Source: Candidatus Micrarchaeota archaeon
GTDB lineage: Archaea; Micrarchaeota; Micrarchaeia; Norongarragalinales; SBBD01
Assembly (NCBI GenBank): GCA_038046605.1
Contig: JBBSVW010000082.1
Span: 1-17,578 of the forward strand
Length of the DNA: 17,578 bases
Direction of reading: 5' to 3'
Below, in pieces: positions 7,590 to 15,319 of this stretch. Within the stretch, counting starts at the first letter, position 1; the number at the start of each line of letters is the position of its first letter. The notes below the pieces were generated by a model that ran no database searches, was not told the origin of the DNA, and worked only from the letters and a program-made list of their open reading frames with translations. A program made the position numbers and the translations under genes.

Positions 7590-8912
7590 ATGGCAATTCA
7601 AACCTCGCTATGGACCCAGAAATATGCGCCCGCCAATCTGGCGCAGGTCGCAGGAAACGAGGAGGCAAGGGGCGAAATAAAGAAGTGGGCCTTGGAGGCG
7701 GATAGGGGCAAGAAGGGAAGGCCGCTTCTGATCCATGGCGCCTGCGGCATTGGTAAAAGCGCAGTTGCATACGCGCTTGCATCCGAAATGGGATGGGAGG
7801 TGCTTGAAACCAACGCATCGGATCTTCGGGACGGCGAAATGCTAAAGAAAATCTATGGGGCAGCCGCAAGCAGCGCAGGCCTTTACGGGGTTCGCCGCTT
7901 AATTCTAATTGATGAGATTGATTCTGTTTCGGATAGGCAGGAATTTGCTGCGATTGCGCAAATTGTCAAGGAGAGCTCGCAGCCAATCATTTTCATTGCA
8001 AACGATGTATGGAACCAAAAGCTCGGGGCGCTTAGGTTTTCTTGCGTGCAGGTGGAAATGAAGAAGGTCAATTCGGCAAGCATCCGCAAAAGGCTTGCGG
8101 AAATTGCAGGCGCGGAAATTTCCAACGGAGGGGAAAAACCTAAAACTGATGCGGAAAACGCCAATGCCAAAGGAAAATCCGATAAGGAGGGCAACGGGTC
8201 TTTGGAGAATCATGAAACACTAATCAACATCGATTCCAAGATCGAAATCATCTCAAAAAATGCCTCGGGCGATATCCGCGGCGCGCTTAACGATCTCCAG
8301 GGCACTCAGCAGATGGAACTTTTCGACCTTGAGCGCTTTGGAAGGGATAGGGACGAGAATATTTTCGAGGCAGTTCGGGCCGTTTTCAAGACCATGAGCT
8401 ACAAAAACGCAACTGCCGCAGGCAATAACTACAACACCCAGGAATTCGACATGCTCATGAAATGGCTGGAGGAAAACATCCCAATAGAGTACGAAAAAAA
8501 GGAGGAAATCGCGCAGGCTTTTTCCTGGCTTTCCCGCGCGGATGTTTTCAAGGGAAGGATTATGCGAAGGCAGCATTGGGGCTACCTCAAGTACGCAGGA
8601 GTGCTGGCAACTGCCGGCATTGCCCTAAGCAAGGCGGATACATACAGGAAATTTTCCAAATACCAGTTCCCATCCGGGATCAAGATGATGGGGCAAACAA
8701 AAAAAAGCAGGGAGCTGATGAAGGGAATTAGGCGAAAGGTCGCAGGGAAATTGCACATATCAATGGACGATGCGCAGGCCGCCTTTGCGGCATTGTCCGC
8801 GGATCATAGGTTCCTCGAATACCTCGAACTTGGCGAGGATGAAATGTCAATTTCTGCGGAACTTTACAAGAACGAAAAGCAAAAGAAGGGAAAAGCCGCC
8901 AAGAAGGATTAA
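7590..8912 (+). CDS. rfcL: Replication factor C large subunit
   Basis: LWTQKYAP, Walker A GACGIGKS, ETNASD, Walker B ILIDEID, GDIRGALNDLQ, WLEENIP, LSRADVFKGRI and KYQFP. Confidence 0.93.
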   Translation: MAIQTSLWTQKYAPANLAQVAGNEEARGEIKKWALEADRGKKGRPLLIHGACGIGKSAVAYALASEMGWEVLETNASDLRDGEMLKKIYGAAASSAGLYGVRRLILIDEIDSVSDRQEFAAIAQIVKESSQPIIFIANDVWNQKLGALRFSCVQVEMKKVNSASIRKRLAEIAGAEISNGGEKPKTDAENANAKGKSDKEGNGSLENHETLINIDSKIEIISKNASGDIRGALNDLQGTQQMELFDLERFGRDRDENIFEAVRAVFKTMSYKNATAAGNNYNTQEFDMLMKWLEENIPIEYEKKEEIAQAFSWLSRADVFKGRIMRRQHWGYLKYAGVLATAGIALSKADTYRKFSKYQFPSGIKMMGQTKKSRELMKGIRRKVAGKLHISMDDAQAAFAALSADHRFLEYLELGEDEMSISAELYKNEKQKKGKAAKKD

Positions 8913-9557
8913 TGGAAGCGAATCGGTCGCGTTTTTGTATGTTGAATAGAAGAATTCCGAAACCTCCTGGCTTAGGGGTATTTCAACCGCGTATGCAAAT
9001 TCCCAGTTGCCCGCAATTGGGCCCTTCCATAAGATGACATTTCCATCCCCGTCATAAACGGGCGCAGCGCGGATTAGTTCGGTGCCTTTGGGGTAAACGA
9101 ATTCAAGCTCCACATTGTTTCCAAGTGAGGTTTGGCCCGTTTTCGTCTTGTCAAAGACCAGCGAATCGGGGGTTAGGGAATAAACAGTGCGCCTGCTTCC
9201 GATCTTTTCCGATGTGAATATCGGGCCCACATCATATTCCACTATGACGGTGCCCGCATCAAAGCTCACGGAAAATTCCCTTTTTGCGGTTATTTTCGTA
9301 TTGGAAATAAGCCCCCTGAAATGGTGCTTGATGTTTGGGCTCATTTCCTGCCATTTGATGATGGTGCTTTCCCCAAGGTTCATGTTCTGCTCAAAAGCCT
9401 TGCGCTCCTGCTGGTTTTCAAACAGGAATACGGTCTTTTCGGTGACATGGGCGGTACCGTCCGGATTGATTTTGGCATGCGCTGAAAAGGAATAATCCGA
9501 ATAGGCGCCGCTAAGGGATAATAGCAATATGAAATAAACCAGAAGTTGATTTCTCAT
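8847..9557 (-). CDS. Secreted beta-rich surface protein with C-terminal TM anchor
   Basis: Signal peptide MRNQLLVYFILLLSLSGAYS, ectodomain INPDGTAHVTE...YPKG...ILWKGP, and C-terminal LPLILLGGFSLLLLFVLV followed by KFRRN. Confidence 0.8.
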   Translation of the reverse strand: MRNQLLVYFILLLSLSGAYSDYSFSAHAKINPDGTAHVTEKTVFLFENQQERKAFEQNMNLGESTIIKWQEMSPNIKHHFRGLISNTKITAKREFSVSFDAGTVIVEYDVGPIFTSEKIGSRRTVYSLTPDSLVFDKTKTGQTSLGNNVELEFVYPKGTELIRAAPVYDGDGNVILWKGPIAGNWEFAYAVEIPLSQEVSEFFYSTYKNATDSLPLILLGGFSLLLLFVLVKFRRN

Positions 9558-9579
9558 AAACCAAATATTCATTAGGGAG

Positions 9580-9586
9580 TTAATAA
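9580..9586. promoter_or_regulatory. Candidate bidirectional TATA element for divergent leaderless genes
   Basis: TTAATAA (TTATTAA on the minus strand) lies 20-26 nt from the ATG at 9606 (+) and 23-29 nt from the ATG at 9557 (-). Confidence 0.45.
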
Positions 9587-9605
9587 GCCTAACATATCGG
9601 TTTTC

Positions 9606-10247
9606 ATGAGGGGGATTGCAGCATTCGTTTTGCTCCTGGCAGGGGTGTTTTTGCTTGCCCTGCCCATTGCAATGCATGCCAAAGCGCAAGGGCAGATCAA
9701 TTCCGATCAAAAAGCGCGCATGGGTCTTGAGGTTATGCGGCAGGATGGGAATGGGATTCAAAATGCCTTTTTGCAGGTTTTGGGGGCCCGTGCGACGAAT
9801 GGTGGGAAAAGCTTTTGGGAGGGGCCAAGCAAAGGCGAAAATAGCATTTTGGCCACATCATTCAAGCTAATCCTTCTCGAAAAATCACTCGAGCAAAAAG
9901 CAAAAAATGGGGGGAATGATTTGGATCTTTGGTTTGGGGAATGCGCAAAGGGCGGAATGGAAAAGCTTAGAAGCAAAATCCTATCTGAAAAAAGGGCGGC
10001 AAAATGCAACGGATGCCTTGATTTCAAAAAGTTGAGCGTTGATTTTAGGGGTAACCCTAGGCCGCTTTCAAGCGCCCTCCTCTTTCACGATGGATCGGCA
10101 ATCCACATTTCAAAAAGGGGGTTGACCCAAATGCCAGAATCATATATTCTGGGTTTTCCGGGTTTTGAGGTGTGCTTTGGCGCATCCCTATTCTATCCAA
10201 GGGAAAACGAATCGGCAATTCACCTGATGCGGGAGGGATTTGGATGA
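9606..10247 (+). CDS. Hypothetical N-terminally anchored protein, possible class III (pilin-like) signal
   Basis: MRG/IAAFVLLLAGVFLLAL N-terminus. Its stop overlaps the next start (ATGA at 10244-10247). Confidence 0.7.
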   Translation: MRGIAAFVLLLAGVFLLALPIAMHAKAQGQINSDQKARMGLEVMRQDGNGIQNAFLQVLGARATNGGKSFWEGPSKGENSILATSFKLILLEKSLEQKAKNGGNDLDLWFGECAKGGMEKLRSKILSEKRAAKCNGCLDFKKLSVDFRGNPRPLSSALLFHDGSAIHISKRGLTQMPESYILGFPGFEVCFGASLFYPRENESAIHLMREGFG

Positions 10248-10525
10248 GAGGAACACTTGCCCTTGAGGTGTTAATCATTCTTGGAGCGCTTATCACGCTG
10301 CTAACGCTATGCCTATATCTCGAATCCCGCCTTTTCCAGGAAGGCAAGATAAAAATGACCCAGGCTATTGGAAGGATGGATAGGCAGGCGCAAATTCAAG
10401 TGGGTAAAATCAGTTGGATTGGGGAATTTAGCCAAAGTACCTTAACGGTTATACCACCAGAATATGACAACAATGGATTCGAGAAGGACGAAAGTCGTCA
10501 GGTTCAGGGTTTGGACCATGGATAG
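10244..10525 (+). CDS. Archaeal type IV pilin-like protein (class III signal peptide)
   Basis: MRG/TLALEVLIILGALITLL has an RG cleavage site, Glu at +5 and a hydrophobic helix. GGGAGGG RBS and ATGA coupling. Confidence 0.65.
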   Translation: MRGTLALEVLIILGALITLLTLCLYLESRLFQEGKIKMTQAIGRMDRQAQIQVGKISWIGEFSQSTLTVIPPEYDNNGFEKDESRQVQGLDHG

Positions 10526-10771
10526 GAATAGCAAAAGGGCCGTAGCCCCCAAAAAGAAGGTGGTTGGGTCGGTTCCAAAAATTGTGCGCTGACCGTAGGC
10601 CTGCGCAGCTTCCGCAGGAGCGCCTCCCGCGGCACCCTCGCTAAGTGGGGTGACATTTCCGGATTGGGGGTCAACCCTAACGGCAAAGCCGCAATTCTTG
10701 CAGTAGACAACGGAATTTGCCTCATCCACATCGAGGTTGGGGTTCCCGCATTGCGGGCATGCAACTTCCAT
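10442..10771 (-). CDS. TFIIB-type zinc-ribbon protein with C-terminal membrane segments
   Basis: CPQCG-N15-CKNCG zinc ribbon, Ala/Gly linker and hydrophobic C-terminus. TTTAAAA box about 28 nt upstream. Confidence 0.8.
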   Translation of the reverse strand: MEVACPQCGNPNLDVDEANSVVYCKNCGFAVRVDPQSGNVTPLSEGAAGGAPAEAAQAYGQRTIFGTDPTTFFLGATALLLFLSMVQTLNLTTFVLLESIVVIFWWYNR

Positions 10772-10941
10772 GAAAACCAGGTGCTATTACGGTTAGGTCT
10801 TTTAAATGCTTATGGAAAAATGGGGTACGAGGAAAAACAGGCGTTGGGAAAAAATAAACCAGGATTTGTTTTCAAAGCAACCAGGCAAAATACGGCGATA
10901 CTTCGGATCACATTTAATAACCTTTTTGCAATAATGCAATC

Positions 10942-11166
10942 ATGCCCGCCGATAGCTATGAGGATATGGCAATCGTGAATTCAGAGCTTAGGTTCCTCAC
11001 GGTCGAGCTCATGAAAATGGCCCTCGAGCAGCACAGGAGCTTTGATGATGTTCTCGCGGAATATTTCTCGAATGCCTACAAGCTAAAGCGCAAGATCTTA
11101 TCGATGCACTACCCCAAGGCCTACAAATTCAAATATCACGCAAGCACCCCCCAAAGAAAGCCCTGA
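10942..11166 (+). CDS. Hypothetical helical protein, 74 aa
   Basis: TTTAATAA at 10913-10920, about 25 nt upstream. Codon usage matches the window. Confidence 0.7.
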   Translation: MPADSYEDMAIVNSELRFLTVELMKMALEQHRSFDDVLAEYFSNAYKLKRKILSMHYPKAYKFKYHASTPQRKP

Positions 11167-11335
11167 TCATAGCTTATAATTCAACCCACCTTGCAAATCC
11201 ATTTCAGCGATGAATTTGCATTCAAAGCTTCGCGCCTGCAAATCAACGTTTTGCCATCAATTTTGCCCGCCTTTTCATTCATCATGCCTTAGCCACTTTT
11301 TATAAAGGCAAACACGCTTCTCATTGCTGAAAACC

Positions 11336-13183
11336 ATGAAAAAGCCAACAAAATCGCAGCGCGACCTTAGGGCTGTTGCAATAACCACGCTTATGGGCCC
11401 GCTTCCAAACTACGGCAGGAGCCTGCTATACACTGTAGTGATAAGTTTCCTTGCCGGCTTTGCGCTTGATTTGCTTAAAACCAGGGTGCTTAGCCTTAGC
11501 GCAATTGGTGATTATTTCCTCTTTGGCGGAACGGAAGGATTCCTGATAATGTGCGTTCCGGCAATCCTTGCAGCCGCATTTGCCGCAAGCATTACAAGGA
11601 AGGAGCGCTTCAGGGATCGCCTGCGCCATTTTTCATTCATCTCATTGCTCTCGGTTGTGGTCAGCGCAATCCTTTACATTCTAGCTCTCCTGGTTAGCCA
11701 AAACACCAACCAGCTTCAAACGTTTGTCCTGCTTGCAAATTCCATAATTTTTGCAATCTGGTTTGTTGCGCTATTTGTCACGCTCAACTATGGCTGGAAG
11801 GCAATTCCAATTTCCCTCATACAGCCCCTCCTTAGCATTTCTTTCCTGTCAATATACAATTCCTTCCTTATTGCAAACCTGCAAGACCCATTCACCCTGG
11901 GCATCAAGTTCGTGATCTCCTCAATCGTATTGCTTTTTGCCCTTGCATCAATTTTCTACATCATCAACGCGCCTGCAAGGAGGAATTTTGGGATATCGAC
12001 ACTTCAGGTGATGGCGCTATTCTTTGCGCAGTGGACATACGGCTCAAAAAGGCTCGAGGGGGTACTGGCGGAAATGGGTGAAAAGGTCGAAACTTTTTAC
12101 GGAACCGCCCTATTCAGGAGCGCCAAAACAAAAAAAATCAAGGCCGCCTGGCTTATCCCATATGTGCATTTCGGGCCCGTTGGCAACCTTGGAGGCTCCG
12201 AATTCCCAGCCTTATTATCAAAGCCCATTTCGCGGAGAATGAATGCGCCTGTTTCGGTTTTCCATGCAACAGTAAACCATGATTTCAACCCGGTATATTC
12301 CTCGGTACACACAAAACTCCTTGGCACCTATGCAAAGGAAATATCCGCGATGCAAAAAGCCCCATTTAGCAAAACCGCCGTAGCGCAGCTGATGGAATCT
12401 AGCATTGGAAATGCCAGGATATTTAGCATTACGGCTGGCAAAGATGGCTTTTTTGCTTTTTCCAATGCCCCGCAAAGCACGGAGGACATCGAATTCCCAA
12501 TCGGGCTTATCCTGATGAATAAATTGCTTGGCCGCAGCCTTCAAAATGCCATACTTACGGATATGCACAACAGCAAGACAAATGGCGATTACATGCTAAC
12601 GGGCACGCCGCAGTTCTACGAGCTATACGATCTTGCGGACAAATATTCAATGGGAAGGCAATTGCCTTTCAAATTCGGATGCCACGCGGATCCGCTTGGG
12701 GATTTTGGCATTTCACAGGGAATTGGGAAAATGGGGATGATTGTTTCGGTTTTCGAAATTGGCGGCAGGAAAAGCTGCATCATACTGATAGATGCAAACA
12801 ACGTGCTTCCGGATTTCCGCAGGGAGATATTGCTCAAGGTATTGGCAAATGGCAAAAGGTTTGATTTCTGCGATGTGTTCACGACGGATACCCATGCGGT
12901 CAATACGATTTCCGGAATCCATAATCCGCTTGGCAGGTATTGCGATAGGGGCAAATTGGCGGCAAGGATTGAGGAGGCAATTGCAGGCGCAATCCTGGAT
13001 CTTGAGCCCGCAGAGGCTGCAATGAGCATAAAGCGCATCGAGCTGGATGTTTTGGGCGTTAGAAGATCCCCGGAAGTGATTTCAACAATAAATTCGATTG
13101 TTTCCATCGCGAAGATTTTCGCCCCGTCAATCCTGATAATTAGCCTGCTAATAGCATTTCTTTTGAGCCTGGCAATTAAGTAG
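11336..13183 (+). CDS. DUF2070 family membrane protein
   Basis: Multi-TM N-terminal half followed by HFGPVGNLGGS, FHATVNHDFNP, DMHNS, DANN and TTDTHAVN motifs. TTTTTATAAA upstream. Confidence 0.88.
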   Translation: MKKPTKSQRDLRAVAITTLMGPLPNYGRSLLYTVVISFLAGFALDLLKTRVLSLSAIGDYFLFGGTEGFLIMCVPAILAAAFAASITRKERFRDRLRHFSFISLLSVVVSAILYILALLVSQNTNQLQTFVLLANSIIFAIWFVALFVTLNYGWKAIPISLIQPLLSISFLSIYNSFLIANLQDPFTLGIKFVISSIVLLFALASIFYIINAPARRNFGISTLQVMALFFAQWTYGSKRLEGVLAEMGEKVETFYGTALFRSAKTKKIKAAWLIPYVHFGPVGNLGGSEFPALLSKPISRRMNAPVSVFHATVNHDFNPVYSSVHTKLLGTYAKEISAMQKAPFSKTAVAQLMESSIGNARIFSITAGKDGFFAFSNAPQSTEDIEFPIGLILMNKLLGRSLQNAILTDMHNSKTNGDYMLTGTPQFYELYDLADKYSMGRQLPFKFGCHADPLGDFGISQGIGKMGMIVSVFEIGGRKSCIILIDANNVLPDFRREILLKVLANGKRFDFCDVFTTDTHAVNTISGIHNPLGRYCDRGKLAARIEEAIAGAILDLEPAEAAMSIKRIELDVLGVRRSPEVISTINSIVSIAKIFAPSILIISLLIAFLLSLAIK

Positions 13184-13184
13184 C

Positions 13185-13268
13185 TGACACCCCCTGGGGG
13201 AACACATTTCCCCCACCACGTGTCACGTAGAGCTGCACTCTACTTACATCCAAAACAGGTTTGGATGT
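13185..13268. other. Three adjacent stem-loops, each with a 5-nt loop (candidate structured RNA/DNA element or terminator array)
   Basis: TGGGGGAA-cacat-TTCCCCCA enclosed by TGACAC/GTGTCA (13185-13225). GTAGAG-ctgca-CTCTAC (13227-13243). ACATCCAAA-acagg-TTTGGATGT (13246-13268). Confidence 0.7.
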
Positions 13269-13342
13269 CGCCGCCTCCCCCTTTGTTTGCCGCCTCTGCC
13301 CCTTTAGTTACTTTTGGAATCATTCACCATAAAATTATCCAT

Positions 13343-13453
13343 ATTATAGCGGTTAAGTAAAATAACGGAACTATCAAATAAAACCGCTATATGAGAATAA
13401 GGCAACAAAAAGTTCCAATAATTGCCTTATTCGCTATAATGAGTACTTCATTA
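13343..13453. repeat. Nested and interleaved inverted repeats
   Basis: 30-bp imperfect IR 13343-13372 / 13411-13440 (23/30 by manual count). Perfect 10-bp IR 13345-13354 / 13382-13391. Perfect 11-bp IR 13395-13405 / 13422-13432. TAATGA-gtact-TCATTA at 13437-13453. Confidence 0.75.
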
Positions 13454-13472
13454 GTACGTAAAATCCTACGGG

Positions 13473-13904
13473 TTATTTGAAGGCCAAAACCAAAACGCCA
13501 AAAAAAGCAAGCACGATGCCGGCCATTTCCCTTGGGGAAAGCGAATCCTTGAGAATTGCCACAGACAGGATCGCCACCATCACGCTGCTTGTGCTAACTA
13601 TTGCCGTAACAAGTGCAATCTTCCCGGAACTTACCGCAATCATGAGGAAAACAAAGCCGGTCATGGCAAGCACAATAAATGCGCCGGCAATTGGGAGGGT
13701 GTTTTGCGGAAGGGGGATTTTGGATAGGAAGAGGAAATAGGCTGCAATGATGCTTACCGCAACCATTATGATTGCGGGAATGACCGAATTGAGGTTTTTG
13801 CCAATTATTCCCATCAAATCCTCGGATAATAGGGATTTTAGGGCAATATTGGAAATGGAAAAGAAGACCATCGTAAGGAGTGCGTAGTAATACCATTCTG
13901 CCAT
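13473..13904 (-). CDS. EamA/DMT-family transporter, single-repeat
   Basis: About 5 TM helices with GKIALVTAIVSTSSVMVAILSVAILKDSLS..EMAGIVLAFFGV. TTATTTAAA box about 28 nt upstream. Confidence 0.88.
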   Translation of the reverse strand: MAEWYYYALLTMVFFSISNIALKSLLSEDLMGIIGKNLNSVIPAIIMVAVSIIAAYFLFLSKIPLPQNTLPIAGAFIVLAMTGFVFLMIAVSSGKIALVTAIVSTSSVMVAILSVAILKDSLSPREMAGIVLAFFGVLVLAFK

Positions 13905-13992
13905 AAGAATCGCAAGCCTAAGGCTGCGGCACTTTAAATAAGTAACTAAATCCCCTTAAATAAATTTGGGGGCATTAGGTAAAAGTGAAAAA

Positions 13993-15186
13993 ATGAAAAT
14001 AGCGATAATCTCGGATTGCCATTTTGGCTTCAATGAAGACGCCCTGCCGCAGGCACGGGAGGCGATGCTGCAAGCGCTTGAATTGGGCGCGGATGCACTG
14101 CTGCTTCCGGGGGACATTTACGATATACGCATCCCAAGGCAAGAAACGCTCCATGAAACAATCGGGCTCTATTCGGAAATTAGGGAAAGAAGCGAATCTG
14201 GCAAAAAGCAATATCCCAAAATGATTGAACTTGGGGATGATACGCAAAACACATTGGAAAATCAGGGAATTCCCGTGCTTGCCATCTGGGGCACGCACGA
14301 GAGGCGATCCAAGGGATTGACAAATGTAATACAGATAATGGATGCGGCGGGGCTTCTTGTAAGTTTCCATACGCGTAAAATTGTTTTGGAAAAAGATGGG
14401 GAGCGGATTTGCTTCCAGGGGCTTGGAGGAGTTCCGGAGGAATATTTTGGAAGGACCCTTAAGGTTGCCCGGTTTGCGCCCGAAAAAAACACCTACAATA
14501 TTTTCGTTTTCCACCAAAATCTTGCCGAATTAATGCCAGTTGAGATTGACGGCACGGTTGCCATGGCCGACCTTCCAGATGGCTTTGAGCTCTATGTGAA
14601 TGGGCATATCCATTGGAACCATGATTTGGATATCGGCGGAAGGCGCCTTTTGGTTTCCGGAAGCACGGTTGTCACCCAGATGAAAAAGAATGAGGAAAAA
14701 CCCAAAGGATTCTATTTTTTCGACACTAAAACGCAGGAGGCTAGATTCGTTACCATCCCCAGCCGGCCGTTTTATTTCAGGGAAATCAAATTCGAAAATG
14801 CAATGGCAAGCACGGTGGAAGGAAATCTCGATGACGCCTTATCCTCCCTGCTAAAACAGCCCCACCTTATGCAGCCAATGCTCAAGATCAAGATGAGCGG
14901 CACAATTGCAAAGGGGCAAACCCCCCTGCTTTCACTTGAAAAAATCATAGCCAAATATTCCGGCAATGCCCGCATTTATGTCGATAGGGATTTTGAAAGC
15001 TTTGAACTTAAGGATAAGATCGAAACATTGCGGCGCCTTCGGAGGGAAGGAAAAGGCGCAAAGGAGCTCGGAATTGAAATATTGAAGGACCGGCTAAAGG
15101 AGCGCGGCCTTGTTTTGAAGGATGCACATGATCTATTCGAAGCGCTTGCGGATGGGGAAATAGAGCTTGCCATGCAGCATCTGTAG
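13993..15186 (+). CDS. mre11: Mre11/SbcD-family DNA repair nuclease
   Basis: Phosphoesterase motifs SDCHFG, GDIYD, GTHE, FHQ and GHIH, plus SGST...EEKPKGF and a capping domain. Confidence 0.85.
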   Translation: MKIAIISDCHFGFNEDALPQAREAMLQALELGADALLLPGDIYDIRIPRQETLHETIGLYSEIRERSESGKKQYPKMIELGDDTQNTLENQGIPVLAIWGTHERRSKGLTNVIQIMDAAGLLVSFHTRKIVLEKDGERICFQGLGGVPEEYFGRTLKVARFAPEKNTYNIFVFHQNLAELMPVEIDGTVAMADLPDGFELYVNGHIHWNHDLDIGGRRLLVSGSTVVTQMKKNEEKPKGFYFFDTKTQEARFVTIPSRPFYFREIKFENAMASTVEGNLDDALSSLLKQPHLMQPMLKIKMSGTIAKGQTPLLSLEKIIAKYSGNARIYVDRDFESFELKDKIETLRRLRREGKGAKELGIEILKDRLKERGLVLKDAHDLFEALADGEIELAMQHL

Positions 15187-15219
15187 ATCTAATTTAGGGG
15201 ATTATATCCTGCCTTCGCA

Positions 15220-15290
15220 TTAATCACTTCTAATAGCAAATTACTATTCAAAATTAACAAATAAGTGATTAAAACGACCAATATTTAAAT
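15220..15290 (+). promoter_or_regulatory. Promoter of the chaperone operon with upstream palindromic candidate operator
   Basis: Perfect IR TTAATCACTT (15220-15229) / AAGTGATTAA (15263-15272) encloses AATAGCAA-A-TTACTATT. A purine-rich BRE-like stretch is followed by TATTTAAA at 15282-15289, about 30 nt before the ATG at 15320. Confidence 0.55.
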
Positions 15291-15319
15291 CTTGTTGCGC
15301 ATATTCCTGTTGACCCATT

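Noticed and set aside
8119-8225. Mini-intein in RfcL
   Set aside because: Too short, with no C-terminal HN/C-S-T splice junction or intein blocks.
13240-13323. 27-aa minus-strand ORF MIPKVTKGAEAANKGGGGDIQTCFGCK
   Set aside because: GGTGA directly abuts the ATG, leaving no spacing. The ORF is very short and runs through the repeats and hairpins, so it is probably incidental.
13336-13363. dif-like site (TTAAGTAAAAT resembles a XerD arm)
   Set aside because: The left arm matches poorly, and the 11-6-11 symmetry is weak in AT-rich DNA.
13185-13470. CRISPR array or DGR template repeat
   Set aside because: No regularly spaced identical repeats, no cas or reverse-transcriptase gene, and no matching variable repeat noticed.
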